Assembly: GCA_947085035.1 (NCBI GenBank)
Contig: CAMTUW010000005.1
Span: 22,057 to 86,056 of the forward strand
Origin: an uncultured Actinomycetes bacterium
Lineage (GTDB): Bacteria; Actinomycetota; Coriobacteriia; Anaerosomatales; PHET01
Length of the DNA stretch: 64,000 nt
Direction of reading: 5' to 3'
Part shown: positions 49,034-57,881 of the stretch, in pieces
Layout of the letters: each line of letters starts with the position of its first letter
Numbering within the stretch: the first letter of the stretch is position 1
The notes under the pieces: generated by a model
What the model was told of the DNA's origin: nothing
The model's input: only the letters and a program-made list of their open reading frames with translations
Databases searched by the model: none
Translations under genes and position numbers: made by a program

Positions 49034-49212
49034 TGATAGAATTGCAGTGTTCAGGCGTGAAGCAGTGGTGCGTTCCAGAGTTGACACAGATCGCCCTCGT
49101 CGGGCCTGCTTGCCTGAACAACACGCACCGCATTCGACGAGGGCGTACCTGTGCCCGCAGGCCAGCTTCGTGGCTGTGGGCTGCTGCGACACGATGAGGC
49201 GAGACTGACCAC
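49034..49212 (+). promoter_or_regulatory. hemA promoter and structured 5' leader
   Basis: Extended -10 TGATAGAAT, then GTGTTCAGGC; two long interleaved helices and a further hairpin. Confidence 0.6.
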
Positions 49213-50580
49213 ATGCATCTGACGCTCGTCGGGTTGAGCCACAAGACCGCTCCGGTCGAGATCCGTGAGAAGCTCACGTTCCCTGAGCGTACTCAAGAGG
49301 ATGCTCTGAGGCGACTCACGTCTTCAGACATCGTGACCGAAGCGGTGATCATATCGACGTGCAACCGGACCGAGATCTACGCGGTCACCGCCGAGGGTTT
49401 CGATGGTCCGGCGGCCGTCATCGACTTCATCGCGGACTACCACGAGCTCGATCGGCACGACCTCGTGCGCTACCTCTACATCTCCGAAGGCGAAGCGGTC
49501 GTGCATCACCTTTTCCGTGTGGTGGCCTCGCTCGATTCGATGGTGGTCGGCGAAGCGCAGATCCTCGGCCAGGTGAAGGACGCCTACGACTGTGCCTTCA
49601 CGGCTCAGGGCACGGGTCGCGTGTTCAACAAGCTGTTCCGGCAGAGTTTCGAGGTGGGCAAGCGCGTCCGCACCGAGACTGACATCGGCGAGAACGCCGT
49701 GTCGATCAGTTACGTCGCGGTCGAACTCGCCAAGCGCGTGTTCGACTCGCTTGCGGGACGAACCGTGCTCATTCTCGGCGCGGGGAAGATGAGCGAGCTC
49801 ACCGCGAAGAACCTCCTCGGCGCAGGCGTGTCCAAGACGATGGTCGTCAACCGCACGTTCGCGCGGGCCGAAGAGCTCGCCGCACGCTTCGCCGGTGAGG
49901 CGGTTCCCTACGAAGACCTCTTCGTGCGCATGGCCGAGGCCGACATCGTCATCTCGTCGACCGCCGCGACCGGGTATGTGATCACTCGCGAGCAGTTGGC
50001 GGAGGTGCTGCACCGCCGCCGCGACCCACTTTTCCTCATCGATATCGCGCTACCCCGAGACATCGATCCCGCATGCGGCAGCCTGGCCGACGCGTTCCTC
50101 TACAACATCGACGACCTGAGCAGCGTGGTCTCGGCGAACCTCGAAGAACGCATGCGCGAGGCAGAGCGCGCCGAAGTCATCATCGCCGAGGAGATCGGGG
50201 TGTTCGCTCGCTGGCTCGACTCGATGGAGGTCGTCCCCACGGTCGCGGCTATCCGCTCGAAGGCCGAGAACATGCGAAGCGAGGAGTTCGACAAGGCGCT
50301 CAGACGGCTGGGCGGCCTGTCTGAGAAGGAGATCCAGACGGTCGAGGCGCTCACGCAGGCGATCGTGAACAAGATGCTCCACGGGCCCACCGCGCGTCTC
50401 AAGCAGGTCTCAAGTGAGCGCTACGGCGTCGGATACATCGAGGCGGCACGGTACCTCTATGGACTCGACAGCAATCCCGAGGGCAAGAACCCGCACCTCG
50501 GCAGACTCAAGATGATTCTTGGCAGGGGAGAGAAGAGCTCCTCGACGAAGAAGGAGATTGGAGACGGACTTGGCTGTTAG
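49213..50580 (+). CDS. hemA: Glutamyl-tRNA reductase
   Basis: GLSHKTAPVEIRE, STCNRTE, SLDSMVVGEAQILGQ, GAGKM, DIALPRD. Confidence 0.96.
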   Translation: MHLTLVGLSHKTAPVEIREKLTFPERTQEDALRRLTSSDIVTEAVIISTCNRTEIYAVTAEGFDGPAAVIDFIADYHELDRHDLVRYLYISEGEAVVHHLFRVVASLDSMVVGEAQILGQVKDAYDCAFTAQGTGRVFNKLFRQSFEVGKRVRTETDIGENAVSISYVAVELAKRVFDSLAGRTVLILGAGKMSELTAKNLLGAGVSKTMVVNRTFARAEELAARFAGEAVPYEDLFVRMAEADIVISSTAATGYVITREQLAEVLHRRRDPLFLIDIALPRDIDPACGSLADAFLYNIDDLSSVVSANLEERMREAERAEVIIAEEIGVFARWLDSMEVVPTVAAIRSKAENMRSEEFDKALRRLGGLSEKEIQTVEALTQAIVNKMLHGPTARLKQVSSERYGVGYIEAARYLYGLDSNPEGKNPHLGRLKMILGRGEKSSSTKKEIGDGLGC

Positions 50581-51526
50581 CCGCGAGAGACTCGTCATCG
50601 GTACACGGGGGAGCAAGCTGGCCTTGTGGCAGTCGAACCACATCAAAGGGCTGCTCACAGAGATCACCGGCCTGCCCGTGGAGCTGATGATCATCAAGAC
50701 GACCGGGGACAAGATCCTCGACGTCCCGCTCGCCAAGGTCGGCGGCAAGGGCCTGTTCACCAAGGAGCTCGAGGTCGAGCTCGCAGCTGGCACGGTGGAC
50801 CTGTGCGTTCACTCGATGAAGGATGTCCCCACCGAGCTTCCCGAAGGCATGTACATCGCGGCGACGCCGTCGCGCGTGGATCCGCGTGATGCGCTCGTGT
50901 CCGGCGAAGGCTACACGCTCGACACGCTCCCGCAGGGCGCGCGCGTGGGCACGTCGAGCCTGCGCCGCGTCTCTCAAGTGCGGCATCTGCGCCCCGATGT
51001 CGAGATCGTCGACGTGCGAGGCAACCTCGACACTCGCATGCGCAAAGCCGAGAACGGCGAGGTCGACGTGGTCATCCTGGCATCGGCCGGCATCACCCGC
51101 ATGGGCTGGGCGGACCGCATCTCGAGCTACATCTCCACCGAGCAGATGGTCTCGGCCGTGGGTCAAGGCGCCATAGGCATCGAGATCCGCGACGATGACG
51201 AGTTCATGGCCGGAGTCATGGCGCGGATCAACGACCCCGAGACGTTCGCGTGCGTCACCGCTGAGCGCATAGTCATGCGGCGACTCGAGGGCGGCTGTCA
51301 GGTTCCGATCGGCGCCTACGCACGTATCGAGGGCGGCGTCATGGTCATGGACGGCCTCGTGGGCTCCGTTGACGGAACCAGCATCGTGCGCGATCGGCTC
51401 TCGGGCGATGCGGGCGACCCGATCGCGCTTGGCGAGGCGATGGTCCTTCGTCTGCGCGAACTGGGGGCCGACGAGATCCTCGCGTGTGTCCGCGACGCGG
51501 ACGTGAACGGTCTGCTCAAGACCTGA
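50570..51526 (+). CDS. hemC: Hydroxymethylbilane synthase
   Basis: GTRGSKLALWQ, GKGLFTKE, HSMKD, GTSSLRR, GGCQVP; TTG start inferred. Confidence 0.95.
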   Translation: MAVSRERLVIGTRGSKLALWQSNHIKGLLTEITGLPVELMIIKTTGDKILDVPLAKVGGKGLFTKELEVELAAGTVDLCVHSMKDVPTELPEGMYIAATPSRVDPRDALVSGEGYTLDTLPQGARVGTSSLRRVSQVRHLRPDVEIVDVRGNLDTRMRKAENGEVDVVILASAGITRMGWADRISSYISTEQMVSAVGQGAIGIEIRDDDEFMAGVMARINDPETFACVTAERIVMRRLEGGCQVPIGAYARIEGGVMVMDGLVGSVDGTSIVRDRLSGDAGDPIALGEAMVLRLRELGADEILACVRDADVNGLLKT

Positions 51527-51546
51527 GGCGCGACGACGGAGGTCGA

Positions 51547-52377
51547 ATGACCGCTGGCGCGACCACATCGACGACGGCGTCTGAAGCGCCCCTCGCAGGG
51601 CGCTTCATCGTCGTGACCCGTACGCTCGAGCAGTCCCGGGGGCTCGCGCGTCCGCTTGAGGCCCTGGGTGCTCAGGTGATCGCGTGCCCGGTGATCGCGC
51701 TGGTCGATCCGCCCGAGCCGGCGCTTGTCGGCGAGGCGATCCAGCGACTGTCGACGTACGATTGGGTGGTACTCACGTCGGCCAACGCGGTGGACCGCTT
51801 CTTCGCAGACGCTCGCTTCGCAGGTGATCCGGTTTCGGCACTGGGTCACGTGAAGGTGGCTGCGGTCGGCGACGCGACCGCTTCGCGCATGGCGAGGTGG
51901 GACGTCACGCCTCACCTCATCCCTGATGACTTTCGCGCTGAAGGTCTCGTGCAGGCGCTTGTGGCGCGTGGGGTGGGGCGTGGGCAGCGCGTGCTCCTTC
52001 CGCGTGCCCTTGAGGCCCGAGAGGTTCTCCGGGATGCGCTCGAGCCCATGGGAGTGACCGTTGACGTCGTGCCCGTCTACCAGACGGTCGCGGCTGCCCC
52101 GAACCCCGTGGTCATCGAGCGGCTTGGCGCCGGAAGCGTCGACGCGGTGACGTTCACCAGCCCCTCGACCGTACGTCACTTCGTTGCCATGCTCGGAGGT
52201 GCCGGGCTCGACGCCGAGAAACTGATGGAACGGGTGGTGCGAGCGAGCATCGGGCCGGTTACGACCGCCGCACTGCTCGAAGTCGGCTCCAGCGCGACCA
52301 TCGAGGCCAAGCCGTCCACGGTGCCCGCTCTTGTCGAGGCGATCACACGCGCTCTTTCCGGCGGTGGGCAGCAGTAG
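51547..52377 (+). CDS. hemD: Uroporphyrinogen-III synthase (stand-alone)
   Basis: VVTR, LTSANAV, AVGDAT, PVYQT, FTSPSTV, SIGPVT. Confidence 0.9.
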   Translation: MTAGATTSTTASEAPLAGRFIVVTRTLEQSRGLARPLEALGAQVIACPVIALVDPPEPALVGEAIQRLSTYDWVVLTSANAVDRFFADARFAGDPVSALGHVKVAAVGDATASRMARWDVTPHLIPDDFRAEGLVQALVARGVGRGQRVLLPRALEAREVLRDALEPMGVTVDVVPVYQTVAAAPNPVVIERLGAGSVDAVTFTSPSTVRHFVAMLGGAGLDAEKLMERVVRASIGPVTTAALLEVGSSATIEAKPSTVPALVEAITRALSGGGQQ

Positions 52378-52455
52378 GCTCGTTGACACAGGCAGCGTCG
52401 CTTGTCATCATATCGTCTGCTCTGTGAGCCCTCGCGGCTCTACGGGCGAATCAGT

Positions 52456-52531
52456 GGGGACGTGGCTCAGCTGGGAGAGCGCTGCCTTCGCAAGGCAGAG
52501 GTCGGCGGTTCGAATCCGCTCGTCTCCACCA
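52456..52531 (+). tRNA. tRNA-Ala(CGC)
   Basis: 76-nt cloverleaf, acceptor GGGGACG/CGTCTCC with G3:U70, anticodon arm CTGCC-TTCGCAA-GGCAG, encoded CCA; TTGACA at 52383. Confidence 0.97.
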
Positions 52532-52542
52532 AAGGGTAGAAT

Positions 52543-52580
52543 GTCGGGGCGGCCGTGTGTGATGCACGAGCCGCCCCGAC
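52543..52580. terminator. Hairpin after tRNA-Ala
   Basis: GTCGGGGCGGC/GCCGCCCCGAC 11-bp stem with inner extension. Confidence 0.55.
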
Positions 52581-52611
52581 TTCAGATGAGTACGACCGAG
52601 AGGAGCTCTTC

Positions 52612-52866
52612 ATGGGTGGTATCCCCGCAGAACAGCCGACCGGCCTCATAGGCTGGGTGCTGGAGAACGGGCAGATCGTGGCCTTCTTCGCGCAGATCGC
52701 CTACTGGCTGCTCTTGGTCGTCTTGCTGGCCTACGCGGTCTGGCAGTACAAGCGCTGGGTGAACTTCCAGCTTGGGACCGGCCGGAGCGGCCAGCTGCGC
52801 GCGGACGGCGATGACGTCGCGACGGACTCCAAGCGTGCGGTGTCGGTCGAGGAGTTCATCGAGTAG
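52612..52866 (+). CDS. Small single-pass membrane protein, 84 aa
   Basis: GAGGAG RBS, one TM helix, directly upstream of hemB. Confidence 0.7.
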   Translation: MGGIPAEQPTGLIGWVLENGQIVAFFAQIAYWLLLVVLLAYAVWQYKRWVNFQLGTGRSGQLRADGDDVATDSKRAVSVEEFIE

Positions 52867-52879
52867 GAGGCGTCTGCCG

Positions 52880-53860
52880 ATGCATTTTCCCAGCTATCGC
52901 CCTCGCCGCCTGCGCGCCAACGCGACGATTCGCTCGATGGTGCGCGAGACGTCCGTCTCGCCGGCTGACCTGATCTACCCGTTGTTCGTGAAGCCCGGTC
53001 GCGGCAAGCGAGACGAGGTCTCGTCGATGCCTGGCGTGTTCCAGCTCAGCGTCGATCAGCTGCCGACCGAGATCGATGAGCTCAAGGAGCTGGGTATTCC
53101 GGCGGTCATCCTGTTCGGGCTCCCCAGCTCAAAGGATCCAGTGGGCAGCGAGGCCTACGATTCGGATGGAATCGTCGCGCAGGCCATCCGCGCCATCAAG
53201 GCGCACGACCCGGAGTACTACGTCATCACCGACGTCTGTCTGTGCGAGTACACCGATCACGGCCACTGCGGCATCCTCGACGACAGCGGGTGCGTCATCA
53301 ACGACGTCACGCTCGAGCTGCTCGCCAAAGAGGCCGTCATACACGCTGAGGCCGGCGCTGACATGGTCGCACCGAGCGACATGATGGATGGCCGTGTGGC
53401 CGCGATTCGGGCGGCCTTGGATGCCGAGGGCTTCGACGGCGTGCCCATCATGGCCTACTCGGTGAAGTACGCGAGCGGCTACTACGGCCCGTTTCGCGAC
53501 GCTGCGGACTCCGCGCCCACCTTCGGCGACCGCCAGCAGTATCAGATGGACCCCGCCAACGCCGAAGAGGGCCTGCGTGAAGCGGCACTCGACATCGACG
53601 AGGGCGCTGACATCGTGATGGTCAAGCCCGCGCTCGCCTACATGGACATGATCCGGCGGGTCAAAGATGAGTTCGGATACCCGACGGCCGCATACAACGT
53701 GTCCGGTGAGTACGCGATGGTCAAGGCGGCTGCGGCGAACGGCTGGATCGACGAGAAGCGCGTCGTGCTCGAGACGCTCGTCGGTTTCAAGCGGGCTGGC
53801 GCGGATCTGATCCTGACGTATCACGCGAAAGACGCGGCGAGGTGGCTGCGCAAGGCGTAG
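52880..53860 (+). CDS. hemB: Porphobilinogen synthase
   Basis: [44 protein letters not shown]. Confidence 0.96.
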   Translation: MHFPSYRPRRLRANATIRSMVRETSVSPADLIYPLFVKPGRGKRDEVSSMPGVFQLSVDQLPTEIDELKELGIPAVILFGLPSSKDPVGSEAYDSDGIVAQAIRAIKAHDPEYYVITDVCLCEYTDHGHCGILDDSGCVINDVTLELLAKEAVIHAEAGADMVAPSDMMDGRVAAIRAALDAEGFDGVPIMAYSVKYASGYYGPFRDAADSAPTFGDRQQYQMDPANAEEGLREAALDIDEGADIVMVKPALAYMDMIRRVKDEFGYPTAAYNVSGEYAMVKAAAANGWIDEKRVVLETLVGFKRAGADLILTYHAKDAARWLRKA

Positions 53861-53955
53861 GGACACTGAACGACATAGGTGGTTGACATCTATGTGATTG
53901 GCGTTCCAGGGCTGCAGACTGGTGCACACGCACCGAATTGAAGGAGACCCCTGCC

Positions 53956-55392
53956 ATGGCAGACAACGTTGGTAACTCAGATGCCCGTCCGGACCTCGAG
54001 CTCGAGGTAGAGTTCGGCGAGGACGAGGGCACGATAACTGAGCAGGAGATGGCTGAGGCCGAGGCGGGTTGCGGTCAGGCTGCGATCGGGATCCCCTTGG
54101 GCACGCCTGCTGGGCGCCCTGCGGCAACGTCCTCGGGTGCTTCGCACCCTGCGGGGGTTGCCTTCGGGCACCCCGCAGGCGTTCCGGGTGGTCCGGGCGA
54201 GCGGCAGCGGCATGGTGGGGCTCGTAGTGTGGGGTTTCGGCCGGGGGGCGGGGCTGAGGCGATCGCCTACCAGGAGCGGACCGGTATCAAGGCGCCGCGC
54301 ATCATCGCGTGGGAGATCACTCGTAGCTGTAACCTCTCGTGCGTGCACTGTCGCGCTGCGGCTGAGTTCGGTCACTACCACGGTGAGTTGAGCCTCGACG
54401 ACATCAAGGCCACTATCGACGACATCGTCACGATCTCGAACCCGATCATCATCCTCACGGGCGGTGAGCCGCTGATGCGGCCCGACATCTGGGAGATCGT
54501 CGACTACTGCCACGAGCAGGGCGCCATGCCGGTCATCGGCACCAATGCGACGCTCATCACCGAGGAGATCGCGGCCCAGATGGCCGCGCACAAGATTCCG
54601 CGCATCAGCGTGTCCATCGACTTCCCGACAGCCGACGGCCACGACGAGTTCCGCGCGCAGCCCGGGTGCTTCGACCAGACGATCGCCGGTATCAAGATGG
54701 CGAAGGCAGCGGGGGTCGGCGTCCAGATCAACACCACCGTCACCACGCGAAACGCCCATCTCATCGAAGAGATTCACGACCTCGCGCTGAGCCTTGGCGT
54801 GGATGCGTTCCACATCTTCATGCTTGTGCCCACCGGCCGCGGCTCCGAGATCCTTGCCGAGGAGCTTCCGCCCGACGAGTACGAGAAGGTCCTCACATGG
54901 GCGTATCACCGCCAGAAGACGAGCCCGCTCCACTTCAAGCCAACGGACGCGCCGCACTACTACCGCATCATCCGCCAGCTGGCGAAGGCCGAGGGCAAGA
55001 AGGTCACCCGCGAGGAGTACGGACTCGACGCCATGACCCGCGGGTGCCTCGGCGGCATCACCTTCTGCTTCATCAGCCACGTGGGTGACATCCAGCCGTG
55101 CGGCTACTTCGATATGCAGTTGGGCAACGTGAAGGAGCGGCCGTTCTCGCAGATCTGGACGGAGTCCAAGGTATTCAACGACCTGCGCGACTACTCACTG
55201 CTCAAAGGCAAGTGCGGAGCGTGTGAGTACAAGGCCGTATGCGGCGGCTGTCGCGCCCGCGCGCTCGAAATCACCGGCGACTACCTCGAAGCCGAGCCGT
55301 ATTGTGCCTACGAGCCGCCCGCGTGGAAGGGCGAGTGTTCGCTCGATGAGGCTGCGGCCGACGTGGGCGTCTCGGTCACGAGCCACGACTGA
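53956..55392 (+). CDS. ahbD: AdoMet-dependent heme b synthase (radical SAM/SPASM) with long N-terminal extension
   Basis: AWEITRSCNLSCVHCRA, KPTDAPHYYRI, TRGCLGG..FISHVG.IQPCGY, CGACEYKAVCGGCRAR. Confidence 0.85.
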   Translation: MADNVGNSDARPDLELEVEFGEDEGTITEQEMAEAEAGCGQAAIGIPLGTPAGRPAATSSGASHPAGVAFGHPAGVPGGPGERQRHGGARSVGFRPGGGAEAIAYQERTGIKAPRIIAWEITRSCNLSCVHCRAAAEFGHYHGELSLDDIKATIDDIVTISNPIIILTGGEPLMRPDIWEIVDYCHEQGAMPVIGTNATLITEEIAAQMAAHKIPRISVSIDFPTADGHDEFRAQPGCFDQTIAGIKMAKAAGVGVQINTTVTTRNAHLIEEIHDLALSLGVDAFHIFMLVPTGRGSEILAEELPPDEYEKVLTWAYHRQKTSPLHFKPTDAPHYYRIIRQLAKAEGKKVTREEYGLDAMTRGCLGGITFCFISHVGDIQPCGYFDMQLGNVKERPFSQIWTESKVFNDLRDYSLLKGKCGACEYKAVCGGCRARALEITGDYLEAEPYCAYEPPAWKGECSLDEAAADVGVSVTSHD

Positions 55393-55410
55393 GGCTCGGG
55401 CTCTCTCGGG

Positions 55411-56367
55411 TCACTCGCCGCGCATGAGCGCCGCGAGCGTCCGAGGCCGCAACGCGAAGGTGAGCCAGCCCAGGGCCACGCCGAACCATAGCGTGATGAC
55501 GCGGATGAGCAGCGTTGCGGCTGCAGCGTCTGCTGTGCTCATGCCAAGTGCGACGAGCAGGCCGGCCAGCGATGCCTCAGTCACGCCGATGCCGCCTGGC
55601 GCGAAGGTGAGCGCTCCTGCGATGGCCGCGATCGCGTAGACGCCGATCACGGTCGTGGCGGGCAGCGCGTCGAAACCGATGCTTTGCAGGCAAAGCGCGA
55701 ACGCGAACCCTTCGAGGCTCCATGCGGCAGCCGAGAACCCCATCGAGACGACCAAGGGAACGGGTCCCAGTGTTGTGCGAAGCGTCTCAGAGACGCTGCT
55801 CGCCGACACGTGATGCTCCTTCATCCAGCGCTGCTTCGTGACGTAACCGAGCGCGAGCCGATGGAATCGCGGCGACACGAGAGTGGCGAGCGCGACGACG
55901 AGAGCCGCGGCCACTGCAGCCAGAACGGGGACGGTGTCGGCGAACACCCCTGCCGCGCCAACTGACAGGGCCATGACGCCCACCAGGTCGGCGAGACGCT
56001 CTGAGAACACCAGCGTCGCTCCCCGCGCGACAGGCAGTCCGGTCAGGTCGCGTGCGAGGAACGCCTTGAGGACCTCGCCGACCTTGCCGGGGGTCACCGC
56101 CATCGTCATGCCCGAGAACTGCACGTAGAAGGCGTCTCGCATGCCGATCCGACCTCCCGCTATGCGGATGAGATAGCGCCAGCGCACCGCTCTGATCGCG
56201 TACCCGGCAAGTGTCAGTGCGATCATCGCCGCGATGGTTGCGCCGGGCATTCGGCCGAGGCTCGCACTTACCGCGCGCGCATCGCCAAGGGCCGCGAGGC
56301 CTGCGTAGACGAGCGCACTCAACAGCGCTGAAACGATGAGTCCGCGAAAGACGCGGGAGGAGTTCAT
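55411..56367 (-). CDS. Lysylphosphatidylglycerol synthase TM-domain / flippase-like protein
   Basis: RAVRW, TPGKVGEVLK, ERLAD, PGGIGVTE, LLIR. Confidence 0.82.
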   Translation of the reverse strand: MNSSRVFRGLIVSALLSALVYAGLAALGDARAVSASLGRMPGATIAAMIALTLAGYAIRAVRWRYLIRIAGGRIGMRDAFYVQFSGMTMAVTPGKVGEVLKAFLARDLTGLPVARGATLVFSERLADLVGVMALSVGAAGVFADTVPVLAAVAAALVVALATLVSPRFHRLALGYVTKQRWMKEHHVSASSVSETLRTTLGPVPLVVSMGFSAAAWSLEGFAFALCLQSIGFDALPATTVIGVYAIAAIAGALTFAPGGIGVTEASLAGLLVALGMSTADAAAATLLIRVITLWFGVALGWLTFALRPRTLAALMRGE

Positions 56368-56542
56368 GGGCGGGCTCCGGAGGTTCGTGGCGGCGACGGT
56401 GATCGACGAGGTGTCGTGGACGAGGATACCGCTTCCCGGTGGTCGAGTGCGCTAAGATGAGAGGTGCCGCGCATCCGGGCATTATCGTGTTCCCACGTGG
56501 CTCAAGAACCCTGCAGGTCGCGAAAGAGAGGCCATTCTCATC

Positions 56543-57826
56543 ATGACTCAGACAACGTCACACGACTCCTTCGTCGCCGCGTGCGGCGTCATCCCCGGCG
56601 GCGTCAACTCGCCCGTGCGCGCCTACAAGAGTGTCGGCACCGAACCGCGCTTCGTTGCACGGGCTAAGGGCAGCCACCTGTGGGACGTGGACGGACGCGA
56701 GTACGTCGACTTCGTGGGTTCGTGGGGTCCGATGATCCTCGGACATGCCAACGACTCCGTGCTCGACGCCGTCCGTGAGCAGCTTGAGCTGGGCACGAGC
56801 TACGGTGCGCCCACATGCGTCGAGGTCACCGCCGCCGAGGCGATCATCGCAACCGTACCCAGCGTCGAGATGGTGCGCTTCGTCTCAAGCGGCACTGAGG
56901 CGACCATGAGTGCGATTCGTCTCGCTCGCGGTTACACGGGACGCGAGAAGTTCATCAAGTTCGATGGCAACTACCACGGCCACAGCGACGCGCTACTGGT
57001 GGCCGCCGGCTCCGGTCTGCTCACGCTGTCGATTCCGGGAACGCCCGGGGTCACGAAGGGCGCCGCGCAAGACACGCTCGTGTTGCCGTACAACGACCTC
57101 GACGCCGTCAAGGAGGCCCTCGAGGCCAACGCCGAACAGGTCGCGGCGATCATCGTCGAGCCGATCGCCGGCAACATGGGCGTGGTGGTGCCGAAGCCCG
57201 GCTTCCTGCAGGGGCTGCGCGACCTGTGCGACGAGCATGGCACGGTGCTCATCTTCGACGAGGTCATCAGCGGATTCCGCGTGGCGCTGGGCGGTGCGCA
57301 GCAGCTGTATGGAGTCATGCCGGACCTGACCACGCTGGGCAAGATAATCGGCGGCGGGTTCCCCGTGGGCGCGTTCGGCGGAAAAGCGGAGATCATGCGC
57401 CATCTCGCCCCCGAAGGCCCTGTCTACCAGGCGGGCACGCTCTCGGGCAACCCGGTGGCGATGGTCGCGGGTCTCGCCACGATCGCGGCGCTTTCGCAGC
57501 CGGGCGTCTACGAGGAGCTCGACCGCAAGGGCAAGCGCCTCTCGGACGGGCTTTGTCGTGCCGCCGGAAGCGCGGCGATCCACACCCAGTGCAACCGGGT
57601 CGGCTCGATGTCGACGATGTTCTTCACGCATCTCGAGGTCAGCAACTGGGCGAGCGCCTCGACCTGCGACACGGCGCGCTACGGCGCCTACTTCCGAGGA
57701 ATGCTCGACCGGGGCTACTGGCTCGCGCCCAGTCAGTTCGAGGCGTGCTTCGTCTCGCTTGCGCATACAGATGCCGAGATCGACGCGTTCGCCGCGGCTG
57801 CCGGCGAGGTTCTCGCGGAGCTATAA
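56543..57826 (+). CDS. hemL: Glutamate-1-semialdehyde 2,1-aminomutase
   Basis: PGGVNSPVRA, SGTEATMSAIRLAR, FDEVISGFR, GKIIGGG, YQAGTLSGNP, PSQFE. Confidence 0.96.
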   Translation: MTQTTSHDSFVAACGVIPGGVNSPVRAYKSVGTEPRFVARAKGSHLWDVDGREYVDFVGSWGPMILGHANDSVLDAVREQLELGTSYGAPTCVEVTAAEAIIATVPSVEMVRFVSSGTEATMSAIRLARGYTGREKFIKFDGNYHGHSDALLVAAGSGLLTLSIPGTPGVTKGAAQDTLVLPYNDLDAVKEALEANAEQVAAIIVEPIAGNMGVVVPKPGFLQGLRDLCDEHGTVLIFDEVISGFRVALGGAQQLYGVMPDLTTLGKIIGGGFPVGAFGGKAEIMRHLAPEGPVYQAGTLSGNPVAMVAGLATIAALSQPGVYEELDRKGKRLSDGLCRAAGSAAIHTQCNRVGSMSTMFFTHLEVSNWASASTCDTARYGAYFRGMLDRGYWLAPSQFEACFVSLAHTDAEIDAFAAAAGEVLAEL

Positions 57827-57881
57827 GGAATCATCCGACGCTCGATGCGGGTAGGTCCGGACCACTTGGAGGACTCGTCAC

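Noticed and set aside
49047-49145. hemA leader as a known riboswitch (ZTP, cobalamin, SAM, T-box)
   Set aside because: I could not find their signature sequences by eye; kept as an unknown element pending cmscan.
52456-52600. tRNA-Ala as an island integration site
   Set aside because: No integrase, no duplicated 3' end seen in the window, and housekeeping genes on both sides.
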